A model generated the notes under the pieces. That model did no database searches and was not told the DNA's origin. It was given only the letters and a program-made list of their open reading frames with translations. Of a stretch of DNA of 64,000 nt, positions 51,482 through 64,000 are shown piece after piece. The position numbers and the translations under genes were made by a program. Every line of letters begins with the position of its first letter. Position 1 is the first letter of the stretch. This stretch comes from Pseudovirgaria hyperparasitica. Lineage: Eukaryota. The stretch lies in the NCBI GenBank assembly GCA_010093815.1, contig ML996568.1. The stretch is one strand, 5' to 3'.

Positions 51482-52057
51482 TCATTCCTTAGGATACGGC
51501 TTGTGATCCACAATCTCAATGTTGTTCCTAGCCAACACGTTAGCACGACACCAAACACTCCCATTCCAAAACCACAAACTCACCCAACAGGATCAAACAC
51601 AAAAGCCCCATAATAGTCCTCGTGATACATCGGCCTCAGCCCAGGCGGACCGTTATCCTTCCCCCCAGCCCCAATCGCCGCCTCATACCAAACTCGAACC
51701 TGCTCCCTCGCTACCACCACCATCAGCAACCACACTTTGTATCAAACCACAACTCCTCTCTCTCCAGTATCACGAAATTTTTTTTAAAAAAAAACTAAAC
51801 TCACTTTCTGCCGTAAAGGCCAAGTGCAACCCACGCGTCTCCTGACTCGCATCCTTCGCCACACTGACCCAGAAATCCGACGGTCCGTCGGCGCCTATGC
51901 CGAACCCGACGGCGACGCCAAAGTCCATCTGCTTAGTGTAGCCTAGCGGCGTGAGTATGGCGAGGTACAATGCCACGGTCTGCTCGTACAGCTCGCTGGG
52001 CACTTTGATGCCGATGTGGTTCAGCTTGCCGGTGCCGTAGGGGTTGGGAGGGGTCAT
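51482..52057 (-). CDS. Glyoxalase/VOC-family protein; 3 exons
   Basis: LNHIGIKV, LHLAFTAE, REQVRVWYEAAIGAGGKDNGPPGLRPMYHEDYYGAFVFDPVG|NNIEIV. Confidence 0.88.
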
Positions 52058-53547
52058 GGTGGAGCCGAGGATGTTTGATGGGATTGTCTACGCGAGCGTA
52101 TGTGCGTGTGTTTGCGTAATGAAGCTGGATCGTGTCTGGAGTGGATAGAGAGGGTGGCTGAAGTGAAGACGTGCGAAACAAACGAACGAACGCGTCGTTG
52201 CGTCCACACAGTCCGGCATTTTCCTCTCCCGAACACGATTAGGCAACCAAGTCCAACACATCCATACCAAGCCACATACCTCACTCAGCTCGAGTTACCA
52301 AAAACGCAGAATAGCCGTCGACAAGCTTTCCCAGTGTAACCCTTCGCTCCCGCCAAGCATATCCAAGACAACAAAACACCCTTACCTCCCCAGTCAGCCC
52401 CCTCCCCCCCCTTTAGTTCCAGTGCATTCGGCGCTTATTTGCACATTTCATTGCTCCACCGTTCGCTTAACTAAAACACGCTCCAGCCTTCTTTCTGCGG
52501 GAGATCCACAGGGTCCTTCTCCGCCCCGGTCGGCCCCCAAACACATCCATGGGTCCTCCCCGGCTCCCACCTACATCCCATCTGCTATGCCAAGACGTCA
52601 GCCTAACTCCCATTCTGGGCGCCAAGTTAGGACGATAAACACTACACCTAATTACGACCCGTAGACCACTTAATTTACATACTTTGCTATCAGCCCTCTC
52701 GAAGGATTCTGGACTAACCTTGCCTCGAATGGGACAACAAGCTAGGTCTAAGCAGACACCGGGCACCGTGCGTCTCGAGAATGGATCCCCGACCATCCTG
52801 ATTCAATCATCATGCTACCTAACGAACGCGTCTAGCGAGCTGTTCGTAGTTTGATCCAATCACGTCGTTGAGATTGGTAAACTGTAACTCGTGCTATCAT
52901 ACATCGACGACACTAGCGTTGTTGAGAAACCTTGAGGTCGGTATAGAGTACAGGATCTCTGGAGCTTTGACTATGTGGCAGTCTGTGCGGTGAATTTTGT
53001 CTCTACTGTGCCAATGAATGGGATGGAACTGTTGTTCGGCTACGATCCTACGTCTTCCTTCCAGACGTCGACGGAGTCAGCTGCGGCGAGACTTTTCCTG
53101 ATATGTGAATTTGGAAAAAAAAGGTGAATGGGTAGCTTGGAGGGTTGTTGAATGATTGATTGTCAAGGGGCTTCTTCGCTGGCTCGCTTGAGTGTTATTG
53201 GATCTAGGTAGCGTTGCGTTTGGTGGGCTCGTCAAGAAGGCCCCCAAAAAATTGTGATGCTCCTGGTAGTCATGTTGTTATGCGAGCGGACAGGCATAGT
53301 GGGTATGATGGAGAGAAATAGTCTTGTTGTGGTGAAACGCTATGGTAGGATATAGACGAAAATACAAGCTCCAGGAAACATATATTAGTCGTCCAGACAA
53401 TCCCCTTTTCCAAAGAACTACTCACTTCAGCAATCTATCCATCTGTTTATTCACTCCCCAACCAAAACACACCCCCTCACCCTCACCACTCCTCTCAGGG
53501 GCCACCTCCTCACAACAATCCCCTCAACCCCATCCCAAACCACCACA

Positions 53548-54232
53548 ATGCTCAGCCCAACCCTCCTCCTCCTCCCCCTCTCCACCCTCCTCCCCCTCGC
53601 CCTCAGCACCCCCGACTTCTCCAAATGGGCGCCCCCAGGCCCAACCGACGTGCGCGGGCCCTGCCCAGCCCTCAACTCGCTCGCCAACCACGGCTTCATC
53701 AACCACACAGGCCGCAACCTGACCGTCGCCGACGTCGCAGCCGCCAACGAGGCCGTCTTCAACCTCTCCCCCGAGCTCGCCTCGACGGTCGCGCGCATCG
53801 GCTTCGAAGTCAAGCCCGAGCCGCGCAACGGCTTCTTCGACCTGCCCGACCTGAACCGGCACAACGCCTTTGAGCACGACGCCTCGCTGTCCCGCGACGA
53901 CTACGACGACGAGGGCGTCGGCGCGGCCAACGTGGCAAGGTTCAGTCAGCGGCAGTTTGACGAGTGGTTCGCGCACTTTGACGGGCTGGACTATATCGAG
54001 AATAAGGTTGCGGCCAAGGCGCGGTATCATATGGTGCAGCGCAGTCGGGCGCGCAATCCGGCGTTTACGTATGAGGTGCTGCATCAGACGATTAGCTATA
54101 GTGAGACGGTCAAGTTTATGCGTGCTATGGTTGATGGGACGGGGAAGACGAAGACGGAGTTTGTGCGGATTTTGTTTGGTGAGTGGGGTGGTTTCGTACT
54201 TCTTTCCCTCTCCCATTCCCTCCCTTGATGCG

Positions 54233-54280
<48 letters not shown>

Positions 54281-54558
54281 CAGAATGAAGTGCTGACGCT
54301 GGGATTGCAGAGCAGGAGAGATTGCCATATAATGAGGGCTGGAGGCCTCCGGTCGACATGCTGAACGGGTTCCTGCTCGGTGCTGGGGCGCTGGAACTCT
54401 CGCTCTCGACTCCTGAGAAGGCGCTGTATCTGGACGAGGTGCCGCCCGAGGGCCAGGAGCACCAGACGACGTTTGACGTGCCTGTTTGCTACGGCACGGA
54501 TAACCCAGACTCGACTACGACTAGGAGGCATGTCCGGGATTTCAATCAGCTTTCTTAG
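53548..54558 (+). CDS. Secreted heme-thiolate peroxidase / short-type unspecific peroxygenase; intron 54179-54310
   Basis: Signal peptide, RGPCPALNSLANHG (PCP), EHDASLSRDD, ERLPYNEGWR. Confidence 0.92.
54236..54279. repeat. (TG)n microsatellite inside the peroxygenase intron
   Basis: About 21 TG units, directly visible. Confidence 0.95.
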
Positions 54559-55026
54559 TGGCCCAAGGCCGCGAGGTGTGAAATTGTTCGTCAAACGGGG
54601 TGTTTCTCGGTCCGGTGGTGTGGGTAGAATGATGTTGTCTTGCAGCTTTTCTGCTTATTTCGGTTCGATATAAATATATTTGATGAATTTACTCGAGATC
54701 TGGGTGCCCGCGTGTGCTTTTGAAGCCTGGACGCTACTTGACTTGTTTGTCTTCATTTTCGATGTCTATCTACAGTCAGTGAATTCCAGACATGCCCCTC
54801 CAGAGATGCTTACCTGGAGATCCGTGGTTCGTAGCGCATTAGTTGTATGCCATTAGTATTACCAAGGTACACATCCCGTCCTGATGTGCAGGCACCCAAC
54901 TGCTTGGTAGAACTGTAGTATATGTCTCAAGTATTTACATCTCTATGCTGTCCACGTATGTACATTCATACTCGTTATGCCGCGTAGATATATTCGCGAA
55001 TATGCAGCTTCTCGCTCAGATCTCGC

Positions 55027-56759
55027 TCAGACCCCGCTCTTCCGTGGTCTCCCTCTCTTTCTCAACTTTACTTTCTCCACAACCTCGACTACCTTCTGCT
55101 TCCGCCAATCGCACTCTTCGGCAAACTCGCACATACCACACTTGTACGCCTCTTCAATATCTACACCCACAGCCTCACGTTCGCCCTTCCACCAACTCAT
55201 CTCCTTCCCTACATACGCGTCGAGCTCCTCTTGATCGTACCGAAACACCTTGCTACCCAGCACAGTGCCGTCCCATGCACGGCGAAACTCGGCTTTGACG
55301 AGCGGCGAGATAGCTGCTGACGTGGGCGTTAGCAGGGGTATGGCACGCTTGTACTCGTTGATCATGAGAGCCCATAGTTGCGTGAGAGAATTGTGCTCCA
55401 GCAACTCGGAAACAGAGTCTTCAGCGGATTCAAATGGCGGATCGCTGGAGTCGACGCTCTCTTCGCGGAAGTTGAAGTCGAGCGCGCCAACCTGCGCAAT
55501 GAAGCCATCTGTGAAGGGTACAGCTGGGTTGACGGAGTAGCGAGCGAACAGCGTTGCCGGATCGACAGAATTGGTGGCGAGGGTTGAGAGGATATGGTGA
55601 TAGAGAAAGAGCTGCATCTTGGTTGGACGAAGAGCCGCACCTTGGGGAAGAGTACGGGCGCCGCGTGTTTTGACGTCTGTGATGTGAACTTGCTTCTGGG
55701 GGACTGTGTCGGAGCCGAGCCATGGTGAAGGGCCCGTTGGGTCTTCACCGAGGACAACTGCACCTTGGGTCCTAAAGAAGTCATTGATAGTGAGCCGTTG
55801 GTAGGGGTCGCCGCCGAGGAGGACTTTGCCTGAAGAGGTATTGCCGTCTACGCCATCTTCGGGTATAGCCTCGATTGTCTCTTCTCCTTCAACCGTCTCT
55901 AGAGGGGCACGGTAGGATAGCTCGTCAATAATACCGTTGACAACTTGTCCGTCGATAACACCCCATATTTCCATCTCTCGTGTCATGCCAGTAATACGTA
56001 AAGTTCGTAGACCTTGTATCACATTCCAGATCTTGAGTGCCCACATGTCTTCTTTTGTAGTGACATTGACTTCGACGGCCTCGTGTACTTCCTCTTCTAG
56101 CTTCTTGTGCACAGCACTGCCTTGCTTCATCGCGGGTGTCCGCCGCTTCCTTCCATGCTTGGTGAGAGTGTACCAGTATTGGAGTTCGCACCAAGCCGGA
56201 GAGATGAGGTCTGTAACCGAGAGAGGTTTCTTGGGCTTTGTTCGGAAGCGCTCAAGAGGTGATCGCGAATCATTCTCTAGGGCAGGCTCAGCCCCTGGGT
56301 CTAAGGGTGGCGAGCGCAGTGGATGGTCGTCTTGCGCCACTAAACGCTGTTAGCTGTCAGGGTTGAATAGACGATAAAATATGCGATGCGACCGATGCAT
56401 GGCCAGAAGAGAGAGAGGTACTGACCGGACCAAGCTGTTCGTGATGGCTCGCTGTACTCGACCACAACCGAGCGCTGTCTCCGCTCCTCTCTTTCCTCGA
56501 GATATTTCTTGAGCTCTCTTTCCAGTTCAGCCTCAGTCTTCTGTGAAGAGGGCTTCGGCACATGTGCGACCGGATGAACATTCTCGATGCCTGCATCTTG
56601 CTCGATACTCTCGAGTACCAAAGGTGTTTCTGAATCAGCAACTGTCCCCACCAACAGTGGCGCTATCTGTATCTCGGTATCTGTGTCAATGTCTGATCCA
56701 TAGTCACTCTCTGGTGCTGAGGTAACTATTGATTTGGAAGGTTTCCCAAGACGAGCCAT
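55027..56759 (-). CDS. EXO5: Exonuclease V (Exo5/Dem1), Fe-S nuclease; intron 56425-56340
   Basis: LSVTDLISPAWCELQ, GSAVHKKLE, TREMEIWG, GIIDEL, ITDVKTR, KCGMCEFAEECDWR. Confidence 0.93.
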
Positions 56760-57768
56760 GCCATAGTGTCAACGGAAGTTCGGGTGTGGTCTAGTGATGG
56801 AAAATCTGGCAGATGTTGTAGCAGAGAGCGTCATTGATTGATTAGAGGCAAGGGAACCTAACTGCAACGCGCGGGCCGGGGGGGTTCGCGTGTTAGCGTG
56901 ATCGACAGCCCTACGGGTGCTTTTTGACGATGGATCACTTGGATCAGGATCGGCATTCTGACACGATAGCACGTGCGCTCTTGTACTTGGGAATGTCATA
57001 GCTGGTGCAGGATGTCTAGATTGACCTTCATGCAGATAATCGCAAGGAGAATGGACAAGCACAAGAGCCAGGATTCCAGCTCAATGAATGAAAAAGTCGT
57101 GTCCACGAGGTTTGCACCAGACCGTCTTGTTGAAGGTGAGTTCTATAAATCCAAGGTTTGACTTCGCAATCTTGCATGACACAAATGTCAAAACGTTTCT
57201 GGTGTTCATGATATATGTACTGTACTACGTAACTACAGTGTGTCTGTGAGGTCCCGGCACGGGAAAAGTAAGTACATGAATAGAAGTGCAAATAGTAAAC
57301 TGTGCAGTGACGCTGTGGCAGGCATCGCTAACTCTGTAGATAATCACCGCCCTTATACCAGATCCTGGTAGCTCATGCATCTGCATGAATGGGGACAATG
57401 CCTCTCACGAGATTCGTTTTGTAGCTCACAGTAAAATTGTAATTCCGGCTGTTCGAGGTCGGCTGCGCAAACGGCTTGAAATCGATCGAGATGATCAATA
57501 CGATTGACTTGATCATACAAACAGCCGAGTAGATCGCAGTCCAGTAGCTCCTCCCCAGGAGATTAGGAGCAATCCCGGCCCTTCCGCCGCCTATATGCTT
57601 CAAAGGCGTTTCACAGGCACTCCGATCCTGGCCCGGGTCCCCAAGGGTACCCCGCATCAATCCCATTGAATTCGTAACATCCCTCGTTAAATCTTCAGCA
57701 CAATGTTGCGGGAATTTGCGCATAGAACTCTGTGCGCGCACGGTCGCGATCCAGACTTTCAATGCAGC

Positions 57769-58042
57769 TCACGAGCGAGAGATCTCTTTTACTTTCGTAG
57801 AAGGACCATTCCGTGACGAGAAGCTCGATCTGTAAGATGTAGGTGACGTTGGTCCGTACACATACTCGCCATCAATGTAGTGAGCTTCGCTGATGAACGT
57901 TGTCCGCTTCGATCGCCTGGTGTAACGCTGCTCGAGACGGTAGTACTCAAGTTCTAAGGTACGAATTAGCCTGACTGTCCGCTGCAAGCAAAAGAGATAC
58001 AAGATGTCACATACTGGCTTGAAGCTTGTCGAAGAAGCCCAT
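57769..58042 (-). CDS. Small (about 70 aa) fungal protein of unknown function; intron 58014-57954
   Basis: MGFFDKLQA|KLEYYRLEQRYTRRSKRTTFISEAHYIDGEYVY after a clean GTATGT..GCTAAT..TAG intron. Resembles a small Pezizomycotina family (recall, not searched). Confidence 0.7.
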
Positions 58043-59305
58043 ATTGACGACTTTGAATTCTGACTTTTGACTTTTGACTACGCCGGAAGCAAGGCGAGTT
58101 TTCGTGGGGTCGTTCGTGGTACTCGGTTCCACAGAGTTGCAAGGCCGAAAACCTTAAATGACGTGAGCTTCAGTGAAGAAAAGAGAAGAGAAGTGAATTC
58201 GAAGGATCAGAAACAGGAAATGGCTGTACATGTATAAGAAAGGTACAGCGGGGGTGGATTGATAGATGATTGTCAGAGCCGGCGTGAGAGGGGAAGAGAT
58301 CGATGCATGGACTCTGGCAAAGGTAATTAATGTAACGTTAATGAGAGTCGGTACCGTACATGATAGCTCGTAATAGCTAATACCTGCCCAAAGTGAATTG
58401 TTATTGTGGAGTCTATGGAAGCCGCGACCCGGAACACTAAGTTCGAGACAACGCCGGCCCCGCTGCTACACCGGACGGACGTTCCTCTCTGGGGAAAAAG
58501 GGGAAAGGCGCGCTGCAAGGCACGAGTCGGTTAATTTTACCATTGGTCTGAGCACATTAGCATACTCCGACGGCTTCGCGGTTCTTCTCAAGATGCTTTG
58601 CTTTGCTTAACTGAACGAGCAAAGAGGCGCTTCTTGCCTGCATGAAGTGGCTCTACCTCGATTCGTGCTGCGACGTCAAGTGACGCAGTATCAGCATCAT
58701 CATCATCATCACCAGCATGAGCATGAGCATGAGCATCAACACCAGCATGCTACCCGCATTTACCTCGAGCCTCAGATGAACCCTGCATGGGAGATGTAGC
58801 AGTCGTCTCACCGCGCTCCCCGCATCATCCTGGCAAGGTATTGGGCTCGGCATTGTTGAGGTTTGGGGTTTGGGGTTCTAGTGGCTGTTGACAGGCTCTG
58901 CCTTGCTAATCACACGTGGACTGGTGCTGGCGCTGGTGCTGATGCTGCTGGCAAGAAACTTTGTTGACTCGCGTACTCACAGTTCCAGCCCACCTATGCT
59001 GGTGGTTGGCCGTGCGACTCGCATAAGCATGGTGGCTTTCTTTGGGCCATCGATGCTCCGGCGCTGGCCATCACGGACACTGCGTATGGCCCAAGCCGGC
59101 ATGCACAGAAAGTCTGGTGCATCCCTTCATAGTGATCGACAGATTGCAATTTGACAGGTCTGTATTTGTTTCTTATTATAGCCTTGTCACACAACATTGT
59201 TCTCGAATCTTTAAACGAGATATTCTGCCAAAGTGCGGCTGATTAATGGCTGCACTCGCCAGCCACCAGACTTGCGTCCGTCCACCAACAAGGACATGGA
59301 GATCC

Positions 59306-61052
59306 TCAAACAGCCGAGTTTTCCGCCGTCGCTCGTAGGAGACCAGCAGTAGCTTCCCTCTCCAGACTGATCTTCATTTGCAGCCATGAATGCCAGTTCG
59401 ACGAGTCACAAAATCGTTCATAAAGGCTGTCGCGGGCGCGATGCCGTTGAATGGGTCCCTGCCCGCGAAATTTGACCGAAGTTCCGTGCTTCGAGAGACT
59501 ATGTAGGAAAGCCGACGCCGAAAAATTTGCATACTGAAAGCTACCCCCTGGCGACGTTACTGCCGGCGATATGCTCGTGGCAAGAAATCTGTTGATCGGC
59601 GATAGGAACTGAGCTGTCAACTCTGCAAATTGTCGACGTACAAACGATGTGATCTCATCTTGCGATGTCTCGCTGGCTCGTAACAACAGTGCGTTTAGAG
59701 CATGCGTAAAGTTTCGATCGGCCTTAAGACAGGTCTTCTTCAGCGAATAAAGCTCAACGTCCCCTGGCATATCAAATGACGGCTGTGTGTGATGGTGCAT
59801 GGAACGCGAGCGCTTGATGGGAACGTGGGCCCTGTCGCTCTGAAGATATACCACAGTAGGCTTGCCACGTCCTACGCTTTCCGCGCATTCTATTAGCCGC
59901 CGAAGGAGGAAAGGATTGGTGACCCCGATGATGAAAGGTCGAGGATGGCCACCGTCTAGCCCAATACTCTTGAAGTCTGACTGCATAGTAACATATTCTT
60001 TGATGATACCATTGAAGGGTACCGGTTTGATCAGGTCGATAGCAGCCGAAACGAAATCACTGCATAGCTGCGGGCTCCTGGAGACGACAACCACCGACTC
60101 GCACAGGAGAATGCTTTCGTAGACCGCATAGAGGTCATTCAAAGATGGCATGAAAGGCATCAACGTACTCCAGTGTCCGGTAGGCTCGTATGCAAATATG
60201 GCTGGCAGTTGCGTTGGTGACGTTCTGGGGGGAAGTGCACCTTGGAGTCCTTGGAGGGGAAACGCTTGGTGTGGCGGTCTGAAGGCGTTAGAAAGTACAT
60301 CGTGCGCAACGAAAGTCAGCCCTACATTTCAAGCACCATCATCGAACCCATGAAAGGTAACTCGTGCCTACCAATCCCTGGCGTCGGCCATGTACTAGAT
60401 ATTTCGGTGAATGCAGCTTCCAGAATGTCAGGATCACTGATAGCTCCAGCAGAGGTGATATGCCTCAAAATACTGGAGTGAAAGGAAGGGAACTTGTGAT
60501 TGGATATCAAGACTAAGCTTTTCTGGTTGAAGCTCCGTTTGGATTCATTGTCAAACTCTTGACGGAAAACGCAAGATCCATAAAATTCATTTGGGCTCCC
60601 ATATGGGATCTGAGGCGAACTGAGTTTGATGTCGGGTGAGTTGTTGTTTACTGTGAAGTGGAATGTCAAGTCGTCTCCCGTTTCAGTTTCTTGCCGTTCT
60701 GGAAAGCTGTATTCTGTTAATGGAGCCATTCGACATCATAACGCTGTTATTGTAAGTCATACCTATTGAAACACACGGCTGAGAGGTCCGCAGTACTAAG
60801 CTCGGTGTCTGCTGGATAAACTAGCTCTATCTCTGGACCTGTATACGATGAGTATACACCAAACTCAAGTTTAATATATAAGAACTTGCCTACGTCCACA
60901 TTGAAATTACACACAATACTACCCGAAACCATTAGCGCAGACATGACTTCAGAGCAATGGCTCACATACAATGCTAGAGCCCAGTGTCGAAAGTTCTCAG
61001 AATCTCGTGATTTGCTATGAGACGGTGACAATAAGCTCTTAAGTTTCTCCAT
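59306..61052 (-). CDS. DENN-domain protein, DENND6/FAM116-like (putative Rab GEF); 5 exons
   Basis: IVCNFNVDVGPEIELVYP, VCFNSFPE, FRQEFD..KRSFNQKSLVLIS, YESILLCE, IIGVTNPF, LTAQFLSP. Confidence 0.85.
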
Positions 61053-61597
61053 ATCGAGTCTCTTACAACCAACGAGACTTAATGGCTGCAGCAATGACAG
61101 GACCTGCGCTCAACTGGATAAAGGGGGTGGGCTGAGAGGGCCCGCGACGAACTGATGCTAGGTCATTTCGGTCAGAACGAGAAGCAGCTGTACACTGCTA
61201 GCTATTGACAAACTGGAAGCGCTCCCCACTGTAGCAGATTGCTTTGGGAAATCACGCTAGATGGTGGGATAACAGAGATTCTAAATGCTGCGGTGTGGTG
61301 CTTAGAAGATGATGTTTGAATTGCCTGCACACTTCCCGTCAACAGTCTGGTGATGTCGATCCATCGTAGCCCCACTTAAACAGATCTGATAGTGATAGTG
61401 GTTCAGCTTCAAGCTCCCAGACCTATGCACGTCAGCCTACGACAACGTACATTCTAGCGCCAATCTTTTCGATACTGCCACTTTCTTAGACTCTCTGCTT
61501 CGTCATCAGTCTCTTCACCTTTCGTGCACTAGTTCTATGCATTAAAGCTATAGAAGGTGCTCAAGCCATGTTGACACGATTGGACATTACCTGAACG

Positions 61598-64000
61598 ATG
61601 GACCCTCATATCCAAAAGGCTCTGAATGACAAGCTATACGATAAGAGAAAAGGAGGCGCGCTCGAGTAAGTAGACTGCTTCTGATGTGTTGGAAATAGTT
61701 CATGTCTCGCAAATATGGTTCGAACGCATCGCTGATACCGTCCAGGCTCGAAACCCTTGTTCGCGATTCCCTTGCCCACAGTGACCACGAGAGAATAGCA
61801 AAGATCGTTCATCAGCTATGTCACGAATATGCATACGCTGTGCATCAACCACACGCTCGTAATGGAGGTCTTATCGGGCTGGCTGCGGCCTCGATCGCGC
61901 TCGGAGCAGTACGAACACGTAACAATGAGCAAGGAAAGGATCTGACAACCTTTGTAGGAGGTGGCACAATACCTTGAAGAGATAGTACCCCCAGTCCTGG
62001 CTTGCTTTTCCGATCAAGATGCCCGGGTGCGTTACTATGCGTGCGAAGCTATGTACAACATTGCGAAAGTTGCTAAAGGAGAGATCTTGGTCTATTTCAA
62101 TGAGGTGTTTGATGCTTTATGCAAGGTCTGTAGGTCTGCCAGCCAGTCTGGATCTCGCTAACACCCAGAGAAAGCTTGCCGCAGACTCGGAGCTGTCAGT
62201 TAAGAACGGCGCAGAGCTTCTTGACCGTCTGATAAAAGATATCGTCTCTGAATCTGCCGCGTCATACGTTTCCATTCTACAAGATCCGGAAGATGTTGGC
62301 GACTCCGAATCTGCCTTGGAAAGAAAATCTCTTTCCATAGAAATGCCCACAGCGTTCTCGCTTTCACGCTTCATCCCTTTACTTCAAGAGCGCATAGTGG
62401 TCATAAATCCATTCACGAGAACATTCCTTGTCTCTTGGATCACCTTGTTAGACTCTATTCCAGATTTGGAGCTAGTCTCGTACTTGCCTTCGTTTCTGCA
62501 GGGCCTCTTAAAATTCTTGAGTGATCCTAATCAAGATGTGCATACGGCGACCCAGGTAGCCCTTGAAAGATTTCTAGCAGAGATCAAGAAAATAGCGCGT
62601 ATCAAAAAAGGAATTGCGGAAAGTAAGAGAAGCCAGGGAGAAGAGGGAATGCGACGATCGAATTCAAGCGCGAAGAGCGACAGGAGTGGGCACAGTCGTC
62701 ATAGCTTACGAAGTGACGACGATATTGCCCAAGATGGTCATCTCGTTGATGAGGATGTTGATGATGACAGCCACTCTGTGTCTGGTGAATCAGAAACTGC
62801 AACTGCAAACGACGAAAGATCAGGAGATGCGGATGGAGACTGGGTACCAGGTCAGGACGTGCAGGTTGACCACCCAAAGATCATCGATATCATGGCAACT
62901 TTCCTGAGAGAATCATCTGGTATGATATGTACCGATCTGCTTCTATCTAATCCGGCTAATATCATATAGACGAAGAAATCCAGCTGACCACGCTACGATG
63001 GATCGACAGTTTCTTCGAGATATGTCCCGAGGACATACTGCCATTTGTACCTCGTCTGCTCTCACAAGTATTACCAGCGATGTCAAGCGATGTCGAACAA
63101 GTTCGTGCAGCTGCACATAGGGTCAACTCTTCGTTGATGGGATACATCATGTCTTTGTCTATCGACGGTCATAAAGTGGACGAAAATGTCATTGCACCAC
63201 TCGCGTTGCAGAGAACGGCCACACTGAACAAGGATTTGGATCGAAGAGAGTCGAATAAGGCACCAGAGAAACGAGGAACAAGTGTCGAGCGCGCGACCAC
63301 GGGCAGAAAAACTCCTGCTGATGGTCAACCACCTAGCCCGCCCCAGGAACCCGCTATACCAGCTCATCCTGTCTCAGATCTTGACTACGAAGCAGCAGTC
63401 AACTCGCTCACACTCCAGTTCTTGAACGAGCACGAAGCAACTCGCGTTGCGGCCTTACAGTGGCTGATTATGTTGCATCGTAAAGCCCCGCGCAAGGTAT
63501 GATCTATCAGCCCAACCGTTACTTGACTAATCTTGGAAGATCCTTGCGATTGATGATGGCACATTTCCAGCACTACTCAAGACTCTGTCAGATCCAGCCG
63601 AAGCTGTGGTCACTCGAGATCTGCAGCTCCTATCTCAGATCTCCAAAAACAGCGACGATTCATATTTTACATCGTTCATGGTGAACTTGTTGAAGCTTTT
63701 CTGTACCGATAGAAGGCTTTTGGAAACACGTGGGAACCTCATCATTCGGCAGCTTTGCGTCAGTTTGAGTCCCGAACGGATATATAGGACGCTGGCCGAC
63801 TGCCTGGAGAAAGACGAAGTAAGATGATACTTCGCATATACCTGGCTGCATCACTGACACCTCCTTTCAGGATGTCGAGTTCGCTAGTATTATGGTGCAA
63901 AATCTGAACAATAATTTGATAACTGCCCCGGAGTTAGCAGATCTGCGGAAGCGACTACGAAATCTAGAGACGAAGGTCTGTCTTCATGTGCGTACTCGTA
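61598..64000 (+). CDS. VAC14: Vac14 PI(3,5)P2 complex scaffold, 3'-truncated by the window edge; multi-exon
   Basis: [63 protein letters not shown]. Confidence 0.96.

Noticed and set aside
54806..54960. U1 snRNA-like start (ATGCTTACCTGG)
   Set aside because: No U1-70K loop, U1A loop or Sm site follows.

Overview
Gene-dense window from a filamentous ascomycete (Pezizomycotina, plausibly a Dothideomycete; inferred from short GT-AG introns with CTRAC branch sites, RIP-like TpA-rich patches and gene content). About 24 protein genes. Housekeeping genes: TBC Rab-GAP (partial), POL5, IST1, ariadne RBR ligase, GCD6, SKN7, Prx5-type peroxiredoxin, RPA2, ARL8, RCR-family protein, ISU1, SCOT, TAF12, EXO5, a DENND6-like protein and VAC14 (partial). 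Two accessory islands: APH-like plus SRPK-like kinases with AT-rich relics (9.3-13.5 kb), and a degraded region followed by SDR epimerase, orphan SAM methyltransferase, MFS pump, glyoxalase and heme-thiolate peroxygenase (41.5-54.6 kb). The standout locus is ISU1. Its first intron has no usable GT donor and restores the conserved YHEKVLDHY motif only as an AT-AC intron with U2-type signals. That intron also folds into nested stems, and the protein has Val at the Met position whose substitution bypasses frataxin in yeast. Exon boundaries were read by eye; no searches were run. No tRNA, rRNA or intact transposon was recognised.
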